A DNA stretch of 63,958 nt, the filler included, from Choristocarpus tenellus KU-1152 (taxonomy: Eukaryota > Protista > Phaeophyceae), in assembly GCA_964200185.2 (NCBI GenBank). It is 11 parts of 11 records of this genome, joined end to end, with 100 filler letters (N's around TTAATTAATTAA, not from the genome) between each part and the next. Parts side by side here need not be neighbours in the genome. Positions count along the whole stretch, not along the records: positions 49,524 to 52,348 come from CAXNAD020024423.1; positions 52,449 to 58,088 come from CAXNAD020010166.1; positions 58,189 to 61,308 come from CAXNAD020022178.1; positions 61,409 to 63,958 come from CAXNAD020026848.1; 7 more parts are not named here. The stretch is one strand, 5' to 3'. The translations under genes and the position numbers were made by a program. Positions 49,581-62,159 of this stretch are shown here, in pieces (positions within the stretch are counted from its first letter, which is position 1; each line of letters begins with the position of its first letter). Below the pieces are notes generated by a model. That model saw only the letters and a program-made list of their open reading frames with translations. It was not told the DNA's origin and made no database searches.

Positions 49581-52500
49581 GGAGAGAGTGGGAGTTGATT
49601 TGTTGGCCCCTCCTCGACAAACAAATTCCATTATTTTTCTCCTTTTTTGGTGTATATGCGATGGATTGGGTATGCGGGCAACCACAGGCAATTCCTGTGC
49701 ATTTGTGCGTGTATGATCACAAGGAAGTGCCACTATCACACGTTTACTTTTACTGGCATAGTGAGGTGGGATGGTAGGGGTGCAAGGACCTGCTTACTAC
49801 CTTAACCTTTGATGTCATATGCATCTCGCCCGCCCTATGAACTTGTTGGGTATGGAGTCTTTGACAAGGATTTGTGCACTGCTTCTATTCTTTCACTCTG
49901 GCTTGTGTGTAAGAGGATAAGACTGCCCCATACAGAGCAAAGCGCACGTAGAAACGAGTGGGTTGTGTTCATTGTTTATTTTTACAGTCCCGTTGTATCA
50001 GCTGGCTGGTGGTGTGTGGTGGTTTTCTGGGAAGATACCAAGTGTAATGGTGGGACAGTTGAATAATTGGTTCTGATGGCATTGTTTGAATTATTTTAGT
50101 CTTTTTAAGGTGTTTTGGTGATCAATTTCGGTGGCCTGGCATTTTTTCGTGTGGCACGGGTGGTAGTAATTGCTATAGTAGTATGTTAGTAGTAGTCGTA
50201 GATTTATGTTTCTTTTATATTCGTTGCGACAAGGTCTTCCGTTTGTTTGTGCTTGAAGTTTGCTTTGGTACTTGTGTATATTTTTGTCGCTTGCTGTCCA
50301 AGCGATGTGCACGTTGGCAAACTGTCACGACAGTATTGTGTTCTTTTTTTTGTGGGCGATGTCCATGTCGTGTAGGATGTATTATCATAAATAATACATT
50401 CATCTGTGTGACCATCCAGTAAGGAGAGATAATACTGCATACAACATTATGTAGTAGATATGATACTTAGAATGCAAAAAAATACCAAAAGTACAATAAT
50501 ATCGTAATAAAACATTAAAAAGATACATGAAGAAAGGCTGATAAACAGCAAGTAGTGGTGATACTCTGTATCATATCTTGTAGTTTCGTAGGTTGTGTTG
50601 GTCCCTTTAGTCTTATCCCTCCCCTGACACAACTGTAAAAAAATGCTAGTGGGGATGATACTGTACGGATTAGTTTTTTCATTGTGTGAAAATAAAAAAT
50701 CAATCAAGCAAAAGTCATCAAGAGACAGCAACAATAAAGTATGACGACTTGTTTAATATTCTTATTTTTATATAGTAAAGTAAATCTGAGCATACATGGT
50801 ATAAAATAGTAAGAATAGTAGACGATATGATACGACAATAGATGGTATTTAGTGTAGGTAACGGTAGATGCACATTTCTATTGTTTATTGTGTCTATGAC
50901 GATCACCACGCACATCTTCTGATTATAAATGATACATATTGTTACATATAATTATTACTTTTTGTTGCATGTTAAACATGTAAGTAATAAGTATGATAGT
51001 ATCCACAAGAGAAAACAGACGTCTACTGCTTCTTTCACTTATCTATTTACTCCTCCTGTCATCTGACACTTCATAGTATAACAGACATTTTTTTTGCATA
51101 TTAGATAATAATTGATGCCATGGAGGGAACAAGAAGAAACGCCATCATACAGTCAAACCAACTGATAGGTAGGCAGGGTTGCATTTTAAGGATCCCGAGG
51201 AAGGACAAAAAGTTGTCATCTTTGTAAAAATTCAGAAAAAGGGTTTGCTGAATTGTACTGTTAGTTTGTGTGAGTAAGGGGGAATGGCAATACCAATTTA
51301 GGGTACACTATTGTGCATACGAAGCAATGAAATGGTTTATTGAACAAAATAGGAAATGTGGCTTAGATTGTAAAAGGCGTCCAAAACCTCCTACTTCTCA
51401 AATGGTTTGTTGGCTCATATTACAATTCGAAGAATGCAACGAACACAAAAACAAGAATGGTATAGTCTGCCCGTATTGTAAAGAAGAAAGTTCTGATACG
51501 TCAACAAGAGTTGTACTGTACTTGAAAAGAAGAAAACAAGACACCAAATTAGGACAACCTACATGATATTGCTAATATACTAAATCCTAAACTGGTGCAG
51601 CTACAATAATGTTCTAAAACAAGAGAGGAGTGTTCATTTTGTAACGTTTTTTTTGTTTTCAAATACATTACTACCACTACTAACTCCTCTTTGTGCATCC
51701 GAAGCACTTTCAAGCAATAGGCACTACTATACCACTAAACTGTTTTGTTTGTGCTCGTGTTCGTTACATTCTTCTGTCTTTTTTTTTCCTTCCATAATAA
51801 CGACAACGTACATCCTTCAAGATGTCAGTTGTGGGCAATATAATAATAAAATGAATTACGTGTTACGTGTTTTAACCAAAGATATAAACGTATGGAAGCA
51901 CGTATGAATGACATCTAAAAATTGTCATATAGAGTACGGATAATCAAGGTATTATACTTTTGAACGCTTGTGAAGGTAGGTGTGGAATATCCCCCCCCTT
52001 TCTGTTCATTCCAGTCTACTACTTTGGAATACTAAGAATAGTACTTGAATAGTACGCAGAACTTTCTATGTATGCAATAATAATACGGACTCTGTTGTTG
52101 CTGTGTTTCTTGTATTCTTCGTCTCTTGGATGTTTCTTCTCATTCACACCATCACATCTATCTACAAAATCTCTGTTGGCATATTATTATATAATATTAT
52201 TTCCTCGGACATGTTACAGATGTGTCAGGGGAAAAAACAGCCGATTTCAAAAATTGAGGATGGAGCTTTTCATTGAAGATGGGCTTGACCGAAAATTGAC
52301 TTTTTAAAAAACATATCGACACTTTATCCCAGTCAATTTTCGGTCAAGNNNNNNNNNNNNNNNNNNNNNNNNNNNNNNNNNNNNNNNNNNNNTTAATTAA
52401 TTAANNNNNNNNNNNNNNNNNNNNNNNNNNNNNNNNNNNNNNNNNNNNGCCCCAAATGGACAGCCGCCACCCCCTCCCAGATACTTTGACCCTTTCGAGC

Positions 52501-54045
52501 CTCAGCGTAAGACTATGGGGCTGTGCAGTCAGGGCATAAGCCACATGTTTACTCTCTACTGAAATTCGAGATTCCTGACAGGGAACCTCAGTCGGTGTAA
52601 TGGTATATGACATACGACAATTAACGGTATAATAACAACAAACCTGCTTTTCCATATCACCCCCCCTTCAGATCGGCCTTGAAGCCATGTAAACATGATT
52701 CAAGGGCAACCAACAAGCGAGATCTGGGAGAAAAATGGGAAACATGTGTGACTGTTAGTATACTATTGCACCATAGTATTACACGACTCCATTAATACAA
52801 ACTGAAGTGTAATATATAAACGAGGTAATACTGGATATCTGATCGGGATAACATTAGCCTAACGTTGATGGTATGTGGTCAGGATACCAATCAACCTTGT
52901 GAGGTCTGAGAGTATGGGATCAGCGTATCAATCAGCCTAAAGTATATGTGGCTAGCACAGATGTTTCTTGTATCTCCTATAAGAGAGGATACTCAGAATG
53001 GGGATACGAGGAGCAAATGTTGTACAATGTCAATACACTGTTTGATTAACGTTTGTGATCACATTTCTATACGACCTTATATGATGATTTTGATCTACAC
53101 TCCAATGCGTGAAAACACAAGTGCATGTACATCATCAATATCAACATAGTAGATGTCGAGATATATTTGTATGTGCACCTATTCTCCATCCTTGCATTCT
53201 GACATCAATTGGAATATTGCTCATGACAACTGTAATGTTCCAAGTGGACAACTTGGATGTACGATGTTGGCGGCTCAACTCTCAAAACGATACAAGGTGA
53301 CTGTACGGCCATTACATCATGCCGGGGGGTCATTCCACTCGATAAACGAGGAACAAGTGTGAACACCTGAAGTCTCCATCTCTTACCAAGTGGTAGACTT
53401 TAATCTTTGTTTTTAGTGGGGTTGGTCATTTCATTATGATCAATAAATCTATTTCATAAGAATGTGACATGATGTAATGAACAGCCACCTCTAGCACACA
53501 GGTGCTATTGTGCCCAGTGATACAATCTTTTCACCACCACATATGTCCACTCATGCAAATGAGGAGAGTTGAGATATATTATTAATTGCACTATCTATTT
53601 ATCTAAATGCTACCAACTTGAATGTATAGACTATTTGCAAGGAGTGATAAACCTGGTAAACACCAGATGTCAAGTCAGACTTGGTGGTGAACAGGTTAAC
53701 TGACATCTGTTACCAGTTATCTTATCTCTTCACAAACGATAGACTATACCCATCTATGACAAAATGACACACAAACGATTTGTCTAATCTAGATGATCAA
53801 GGTATGACTAAATGATTACGATATGTGGGTATCACGAGATCCGGACCAAGACACACAAGTCAAAAACACAAGCAACACACAAACTAAAAAAAAATGATGA
53901 GGATCTGTAACCCATATACATATCAATGATCTCTTTACTGAAACGATGGGTTATATTATGGCAATGCATGATATGCAGATTATGCAAAGGAATATGGTAA
54001 CAGTAAACACAAGTTCTCAAGTCAACACTGTGTGGGAACAAAAGT

Positions 54046-55265
54046 TTAATGGTTATTCAATCCACTTACTGCACCATAGGCTACAATCCTTTCACGGCAT
54101 TGTAGGATCTGTTCTACTATTCTTTTGTGAAGACCACGAGAAGGTCCATAGCCACAAAGACAACAGATAACATTCAGTGGACGAATGATTACCAGGACAA
54201 GGTGCACGTCCAACAACGCTATCAAAATAGTGTACTGACCAATAATTGGTTGAGAGATTTGACGGTCTACATCTGGTAATGGTAATGGTTTTCCCAGAAA
54301 CAAATAATCCAGTTCATTTAAGTCTGGTGTGGGAGGTTGGACTTGAGGATAGTAACGTTTCATACTCCCTGGATGAACAGAAAAAGGACGTGGATTTCCA
54401 GGTAATACAACCCTGCACATGATGGGTGATACCTTAGAATGTACTTCATACGAACCCCCCCAAGAGTGAAGCAACTTCGGATTCGGAACATCTGTAGTCT
54501 CATGTGGCCAATTGACTAGAACTTGATCACCAGGTACGAAACGGGAACACGAGACATTGGTTGCTCAAAGTATCTGGGGGCGGTTGGTGGCTGTACATTG
54601 GCGGCCGTTTCATACATGTCGCGATTTTTTAGATACTTGGTTGCATGCGTAGGATGGATAATGTAAAGTGAACCTTTTTCCTGGTCTGGGTCCAAATAGA
54701 CACTCTGGTGTAGAGATCCCCCCAACCTCCAGATACTTCAAGCCTGGTTGCCACGTTCCTGATTCTTAACGTGTTCATAAAGGTTTTGGCGTGCCAACTC
54801 CAATGCAAGCTGTAAATAGTCTTTGGCTTGCTAAGTAAACTCTTCAGTTGTGATATCTGCATTGGCATTAGATGAACCAAGGATAACATCAACGGGTAAG
54901 CGAGCTTGTCTTCCAAACAGAAGGAAAAACGGACTTTCATGCAACTTTGCACTAAAACCTGTATTTTGGGCTAACTGTACAAAAGGCAGTAATGATGCTC
55001 AGTTATCCTCAGCAACAGAGATATGCATTGCTACCATAGAATGCAATGTAGCATGTACTCTCTCTAACACAGAATTTCCTTGGGGGTGATAAAGTGTGGT
55101 TTTGGTTTTCTTGTAACCAAAGTCAGGTTGCAATTCTGCAACGATACTGCTTTCAAAATTGGTACCTTGATCAGAGTGTAACAGCTCAGGTGGGCCGAAA
55201 TTTGAAAATACACGTCCAACCAGCGTACGAGGAATTCTTGTGGTCTCTTGTCTAAAGCACCGGTC
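54046..55265 (-). mobile_element. Ty3/Gypsy pol remnant: integrase core, GPY/F region and chromodomain-like tail (pseudogenised)
   Basis: FGPPELLHSDQGTNFES...YHPQGNSVLERVHATL...LPFVQLAQNT...ESPFFLLFGRQARLP; then HSWGGSYEV...SVHPGSMKRY; then GYGPSRG...QCRERIVAY. Confidence 0.9.
54561..54743 (+). mobile_element. MITE family B inserted in the Gypsy integrase remnant, TSD TGGT
   Basis: TGGT-TGCTCAAAGTATCTGGGG ... CAGATACTTCAAGCC-TGGT. Confidence 0.85.
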
Positions 55266-56841
55266 ATTGCCATACATCTGTCTAACACTTTAAAATATAG
55301 CAAATATATCCAGACAAAGAATGTGGACAATGAGGAAAAACACGACAGAATAGGAGGACTTCTGTTAGTTAAAACCACACAAAAGCAAAGGTACAAACTC
55401 AACGGAGAACCAAAAAATAGTACTCCTTCCCATCTCAATCCGGAAGCAGTCAGCACAAAAACTGGATGATTTTCTGCTTCGGTAGAATTCACAGATATAT
55501 GTATATATGGATTTTTTGACTTTTGCATCAAGACACACTGCTTCATCCCATCACAGTATTAGTTACTGTGCCACTCACCCCTAAACCATCACTCACTATA
55601 GACCCCCCTGAAAGTAACTCTACATTTATGGTGATGACTATACCCTTGTCATTGGAACATTTCTTTGCAGATCAAGTATCCTCATACAGTAACTAGACAA
55701 TGCATCTAACCCCCCTGCATGTACATGAACGCCTGTGATGACAATGTACGAGGAGCAGTACAGAAGGCAACAGTGCGTAGGGGACAGGAATGGAGGAGTC
55801 GGGCATCATCACCAGAGCACCATGGATGTGGTTGAAGGGTTGCACTCCCTCCTACACCTCCCTGTGCGATTTTCTCATGAGTAAGTTGAATAGGGGAGGA
55901 AGCGGCGAGGGGGAGGGAAACGAGAGGGAGAGTGAGAGGCAGATGGTGCAAGAACGGTAGAAGGACGAAGAGGCACTACCAACGTTGTGGCAAGACCTCT
56001 CAAGGGGAGGTGTACACAAGACGAGTAGAGGGATTAATGGTTATCTCTCATTGCCCTGGTATCCTGAGGCAGTAATAATCAAAGCACCTCACACAAGTGT
56101 GTAGACTAGGATGTAGTCATTTGAAGCCACTTCCTGGAGAGCCTACGCACTTGTACCAGACCATGGTTGACTTTGGTATTGTCATAGCATGCAGATGAAG
56201 TTCGCAAAATACACCAGTGAAGTAATATCCACCTGATGCCTGGCCTTGGTGATTCACCACTGCCAACAGTTGATGTGTTACTGCTAGAACATTTAATAAA
56301 CCCCTGTGCCTGCTAAGTTTTTTTTACCGTAGCAGGTACAGGGGTATACGAAATTTTCTACCAATACCATATCAACTGTAGGCAGTGGTGAATCACCAAG
56401 GCCCGGCATCAGGTGGATATTAGCCTTCAATGATATCCTCCACGGGACTTCATATGTATGCCATCATTTGAACGTCTCAAGGAATACCCACAAGATCTTA
56501 CCACATGAACTCTGACTATGCACATCATATCATTAGGTTCATCAGCATGAATTCACCAGTGCTTCACTACACTATGACACCCCTTCGCCACAACCAACCT
56601 GCCATCGTACAAGAGCACGACTCATTCAATCCCAAATTCCACTAGGTTGAGTCTCACAATATTCTCCTCTGCAAGACGTGGGTATCGTTATGGCATAGAT
56701 ATGAAGTTGTGTGAAGAACATTGGTGAAGTAATGGCCACATGATGTAGGGCCTTGGTGATTCACTACTGCCCGATAGTTGATGTGTTACTGTTAGAACAT
56801 TTAGGAAACCCCTGTGCCTGCTACCATAGAAGCTACCTTAA

Positions 56842-57968
56842 GAAGCGTAACAGTGGTTACGAATGTAATAATTCTAAGTGTTGGATACAACATCTGTATG
56901 TTCACATATTGTCCATTCAATTTCTGAAGGAAGTGCACCAAATCAGCTCTCTTGACCTTCAGAAAATCATCTGGTGCAAGGGATGACAGGTACAGGAAAG
57001 AACCAAGTCACTTGTCACTTGGTGACTTCATCTTGAGACTCTCACCACAAGCATGCGGGGCAGAAGGCAACACCCCTTCCCCTCTGGAATACTTTATTCA
57101 GGAATACACCAAGGAAGAAGTGAGTGCCTCTTAGGAGTTGATGATAAGATCAGACACTGCATGCATTGAAAATGGGATAGTGAGAGTGTGTCAAGTGTTG
57201 GGAGGTGGGCGTAGGAGGGTGATCTTGTCATGCTGTGGGAACATTTATGTCGCCATTGTTCCATTACCCGATCCAAGTCATTGCCGCCCTGAGTCAAAAT
57301 AAACGAGAGGTACCCAGGTTTTGGCTGTTTTGCATTCTAATTATGATTTTTAACCTTTTGCTATTCACTCATATTTCTAAGAAGCTCTAAGTTTGACCTG
57401 AGAGCGTTCATTTCTCTCTTGTTTGAAACTTTGCAACACAAATCAGAAATATCTCAGACGCATTCTTGAAAGAGCAAATATTTGTCAAGATCCTTCATAT
57501 GCAACTATGGGTACCTCTTGTTTGTTTGGACTCAAGGCGGCAATGAATTGGATCAGGTCAACGACCACACGAATCTGCCCTCAGCATGACAAGATCACCC
57601 TCCTACGCCTCACCTTCCAACACTTGATATACTCTCACTATCCCATTTTCAATGCATGCAGTGTCTGATCTTATCGCCAACTCCTAAGAGGCACTCACCT
57701 CTTCCTTGGTGTATTCCTGAATCAATGGTTCCAGAGGGGAAGGGGCGTTGCCTTGTGCTGTGCATGCTTGTGGTGGAAGTCTCGAGATGAAGTCACCAAG
57801 TGACTTGGTCCTTTCCTGTGAATGGCATCCCTTGCACCAGATGATTTTCTGAAGGTGAAGAGAGGTGATATGGTGCACTTCCTTCAGAGATTGAATGTAC
57901 ATTATGGAATATACAGATATTGTATCCAACACTTTGAATGATTGTATCCGTAACCACTGTTAAGCTTC
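56842..57968. repeat. Long palindrome: ~445-bp inverted arms around a family C MITE (57291-57533)
   Basis: 56842-57290 is the reverse complement of 57534-57968, running right up to the MITE termini (GCCGCCCT-GAG ... CTC-AAGGCGGC). Confidence 0.92.
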
Positions 57969-58517
57969 CTGCACACTGCTAAGCTTCTTGCACACAGGTA
58001 AGGTTAATCTTCTCAAAGGATGCAGTAAGATAATGTAAGTCAGAAGAATAATCTTAAAGTGAAGGTGCAAAGTATCTGGGAGGGGGGGNNNNNNNNNNNN
58101 NNNNNNNNNNNNNNNNNNNNNNNNNNNNNNNNTTAATTAATTAANNNNNNNNNNNNNNNNNNNNNNNNNNNNNNNNNNNNNNNNNNNNTTGTAGTTTTCT
58201 CTATGGAACATGGATGGGTGTGCAGTAACCCTTCGGTGTTGTACACGGGGGGGGGGGGGAGGGGCATGACTCTGGGGCCTTGGGATAAGGGCTGGGGGCG
58301 CTGTGGTTTATTCTGGCATTAATATGTTTGCATGAAGAGTAGAAGTTTAGAGCTGAACTGGTTGTGTGTGTACCAGTTGGTTGAGTTGGAAGAGAACCAT
58401 TATTGTTGAGGGAGTATGATACATATGCTGCTGGAATGGGACCATTTCTCTTTCTTTTTTCTGCCCTGGTGCTTTTGTGTATTCACCCGACCTCTCTCTT
58501 CTTCTGTGTTTTTCCAG

Positions 58518-60811
58518 GCACACTTTACAGACCACGGAGGAGATGTGATGTCAGTGTCTATTCTGCCATCTGTCGACAAAAACGTATTCGTATCTGGCTC
58601 ATGTGACTCCCTCGCCAAGGTGCCTCAAAGTGTGCCTTGCCACGCTTTTCCATCCCCCCACCCCAGCCTCACTCATCCTTTCCTTTCCCTGTACCAGCTC
58701 GATGCAAAATTCAAGATTTTGTCTTTTATTTTGAACATATTTTGCGTTCTCTTTTCGATAGGACGAATGATTTTATTATTGACTCTCTACAACCTTGTAT
58801 TGAAGTGTACAAGCAAAGATAAACTCATATTTTTTCTTTTTGTGAAGTGTCTTTATAGTTGTTGTCATACTCAAAGTTTTTGTGTTTGTGAGGTTATCCA
58901 TGATGGCATGCTAAAAGGCAGAAAAAATTGAGGGTTGTGAATTGTGGTAATTCTCTTCTACTATTTTTTTGTCAAGACCATTTAGATTGTAGTCCAAACT
59001 TTTTAATTTTGTTGACTATTTTCTCTGGAGTATGCTCTTTGCGCATGCTATGCATACTTTTCAAACCTGGGAAGGCGTAGCCCTCAACCTTAATGTTACA
59101 TTTGAGTTTTTGGTCATATTCGGCCGCTAATGTCCATTTTCTGTTAATAAATGCTAAAGCTAATTTGCTCTGTAGTGTCTGTTACCTGGACAAGTTTCAG
59201 GGGCCAGTTGCTCTACAGCACCGGTTGTCCATATAACCTCAAAGTCTGTATGTTTTTGTAATAATCTTTTGTCTAGCATTAGGCTTGTGCTTGACATCTG
59301 CTGTCAGGACAGACTGGTGCTATTTGCTCAAATAACATCTGTTGTCAAGAACAGCAGCTATGACTACTTGGTCAGTTGTACCCAAAAGCTGCCCTCTTTC
59401 GTGTATCTCTTTTTTCTTTTCACAATTAGTTTGATTTTTTTCCCAGAGATGGCAATAAATGAGAGAAATGTCAAGAAGAAGTTCAAAGAGGATGGAAGTA
59501 TGCCCGTTGCTGGCGCTGTCAGTGTTGCTTGCCCTGGATTACATTTGGAGACATTCCACTCTCTAGTGTCGGTTGTTTGGCCAAGTATTGAGAGCCAATT
59601 TGGTTTGTACTTTTCATTTCTAGGACAAGTTGCAGAAATCTTCTCTCTTTAATTGTTTGGACAGTGCTTTGTTGTGTATAGTGCTAGAAGTGCCATGGAA
59701 GTGTTATGTTTTCCAAGGTGTGTAATACTTTTTTGTGGGACACCACTTCGTAGTAATCTGCGTGAATGCTTAGATTCAGTTGAATTCTCCAACAGCTTTT
59801 TAGTGTCACTCACAAATTTGTTTCTCTTCACAATAATTATACAATAGTCCATCCATCCCAAAATGATATCAATGACAGGTATTCTGTGTATCCCTTCCCC
59901 CCTGCTGCCTTTCCCTTTGCATATCCTTGCCTCCTCTATCATGTCCTACACACCACCCATCTGTTCGTCTGTTTCTCCACCCCTTTGAGGGAGGGGTATT
60001 TCTTTTTTTGAACAAAGAATTGTGTGTTGCTATAATGTGTGTGTGCGTGTGTGTGTTTTTATTTTTTCTGTTTCTCTAGGGACATAACTTTTTATTCTCT
60101 GGTTATTCTTTGTTTCTTGTTAAATTGAAGGTGTGGGATATCCGCGAGGGCAAGTGTGTGCAGACATTCCAGGGGCACGAGTCTGATATCAATTCTGTGA
60201 TGTTCTTCCCAGATGGAAAGGTGAATGTGAAGTGAAAATTAAAAAAAAGAGACTGCTGAATCATGGAGAGAAGATGCACAAACTCTCTGTGTTGTGTGTG
60301 AGGTAGTTGTAGTCAGTCCATGTGTGTGAAATGTGAGTGAGGAAGAGAAAAGTTAGGGCTTGTTTGTGTCTGTATGTGGAATTGAAGGATGATGCAAGGG
60401 TGTAACATTGGGCGAGAAATATATTTGTTGCTTCCATGGGTGCAGTAGTATGTACATGTTGATCTTGAGGCTTGTTATTTTATGCTTTACTGGAGAAGAG
60501 GTTTTCAGTTGGACTTTTTGTGCAGTGTTTTGTGGCAAGAAACAAAAGAAGACATGTCTCACTCCTAGATAAAGACCCTTCGTTATTTGTTCAATGACTT
60601 GCTGGAGATTTTTCTAGAGAGGAATATTTGTCTAGTGTCAGTGGCAGGAAGCAAAGGAAGTCACACATTACTTTGTCCCCACCTGATTCACCCCCTTTCA
60701 CACCCAAACACATTTTTATATCAGGCCTTTGGTACAGGTTCAGATGACTCCAGCTGCCGCTTGTTTGACATGCGATGCTATGGTGAAGCCAATTACTTTG
60801 GTAACGACAAG
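58518..60811 (+). CDS. GNB1: Heterotrimeric G-protein beta subunit, three internal exons (58518-58619, 60131-60220, 60725-60811)
   Basis: [93 protein letters not shown] contains hallmark G-beta WD40 motifs (GHESDIN, GSDDxxCRLFDxR); phase-0 GT-AG introns. Confidence 0.93.
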
Positions 60812-61408
60812 GTGTGTTTAAGTAGCCTTTGTAAATCATGTGCAAATGGCTCTTCACTTCTGCGCAGAAAGATGTGGAGGGTAGGTTGGGGATAGGTTTA
60901 GGGATTTTTTGGAGAGGTGCATGGATTGCATGTATTGAGTTGTATGACTCGCTTGAGTTGTCTACATGAATGTGCAGATGGAGATTGGGCAGGAGAGGTG
61001 CGGAGGTGGTTGTAGCAGTGATCCTTGCCTCTTGATATGATGATTTGCTGCTGTTGAAGGCTTCCTTTTCGTTTTTTAGGATTAGTCTCTTTTGTATGTG
61101 TCCCATATCCTTCCATTTTAGGAGCCAGGATGGTTGTGGTATTATTTTTAGTTGTGAATTTCTCTTTTCATACTCTCTCTTGGTTTTGACGGTATGAGTG
61201 TTGAGTAATATTTTTAAGAATATTTTCTTAAAGAGGGCATGTGTGGGGGAGGAAGTAAGAGATTGTGTGCTTTAACTCCACCTTGTGAAGTTGTTCTCTC
61301 ATATCCTCNNNNNNNNNNNNNNNNNNNNNNNNNNNNNNNNNNNNNNNNNNNNTTAATTAATTAANNNNNNNNNNNNNNNNNNNNNNNNNNNNNNNNNNNN
61401 NNNNNNNN

Positions 61409-61462
<54 letters not shown>

Positions 61463-61894
61463 GGGGGGTGGGAAGGACCGTAAGTAGGGTGATGATTGGG
61501 AGTTGTTGGAGAGAAGTGAGGCGTGGGGTTGGGTGAGTGAGGGTGTAGGTGTTGATTGGGGAGAGGATGTTGTGGGTGCTGAGGAGGGTTGCACACTCGT
61601 TGGTTTGGGTAGGGATAGGAAGCCGTGTGCGTTTTTTTGTTTTGGGGGGTTAGGGTTAGGCTTAGGGTTAGGGTTGGTTGATGTATGTATTGGGCTTGCT
61701 CTGACTATTGATCTTGTTCTTGGGTTTGTTGAGTTTCATGTCTTCTCTTCTTGCTCAGCTTTTGACTCCATGGCGTTGGTTTTGGCACTTTCTTGTTTGT
61801 TCCCTTTCCCCTCCTCTCTCTCTCTCATCCCTCCTCCCCCGCCCCTTCCCTTCCTTTGGGTGTGTGGGGGTTTGTGTTGGTTTGTCTGGATCAG

Positions 61895-62035
61895 GAGTTC
61901 CAGGAAGTGCTTACAGAATTTCAGGCATGCGAGGAGCGATTGATATCAGAGGTGCAGGATGGGCTACGGAAGCAGGTGGTATTTGAGAGCAGCTCTCTTG
62001 CCAACCAGCAGTACGACCTGCAGATGCTTTTCAAG
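61895..62035 (+). CDS. Internal exon, helical/coiled-coil (F-BAR-like?) protein
   Basis: CAG|...AAG|GT, 141 nt, phase 0: EFQEVLTEFQACEERLISEVQDGLRKQVVFESSSLANQQYDLQMLFK. The family assignment is tentative. Confidence 0.6.
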
Positions 62036-62159
62036 GTGGTGCTCTGGGGCTTTGGTTTGGAACGGTAGACTCTTTTGGATTGTATTATTACTAATATTAT
62101 TATTATTGTTATTGTTATCGTTATTTGGGAAATATTTTATTATTGTTATTTTAGTATTG

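Noticed and set aside
10565-61408. Recurrent TTAATTAATTAA flanked by Ns as a biological repeat, and any gene clustering across these points
   Set aside because: Artificial six-frame-stop contig linker; AhpD-like, SDR and G-beta lie on different contigs.
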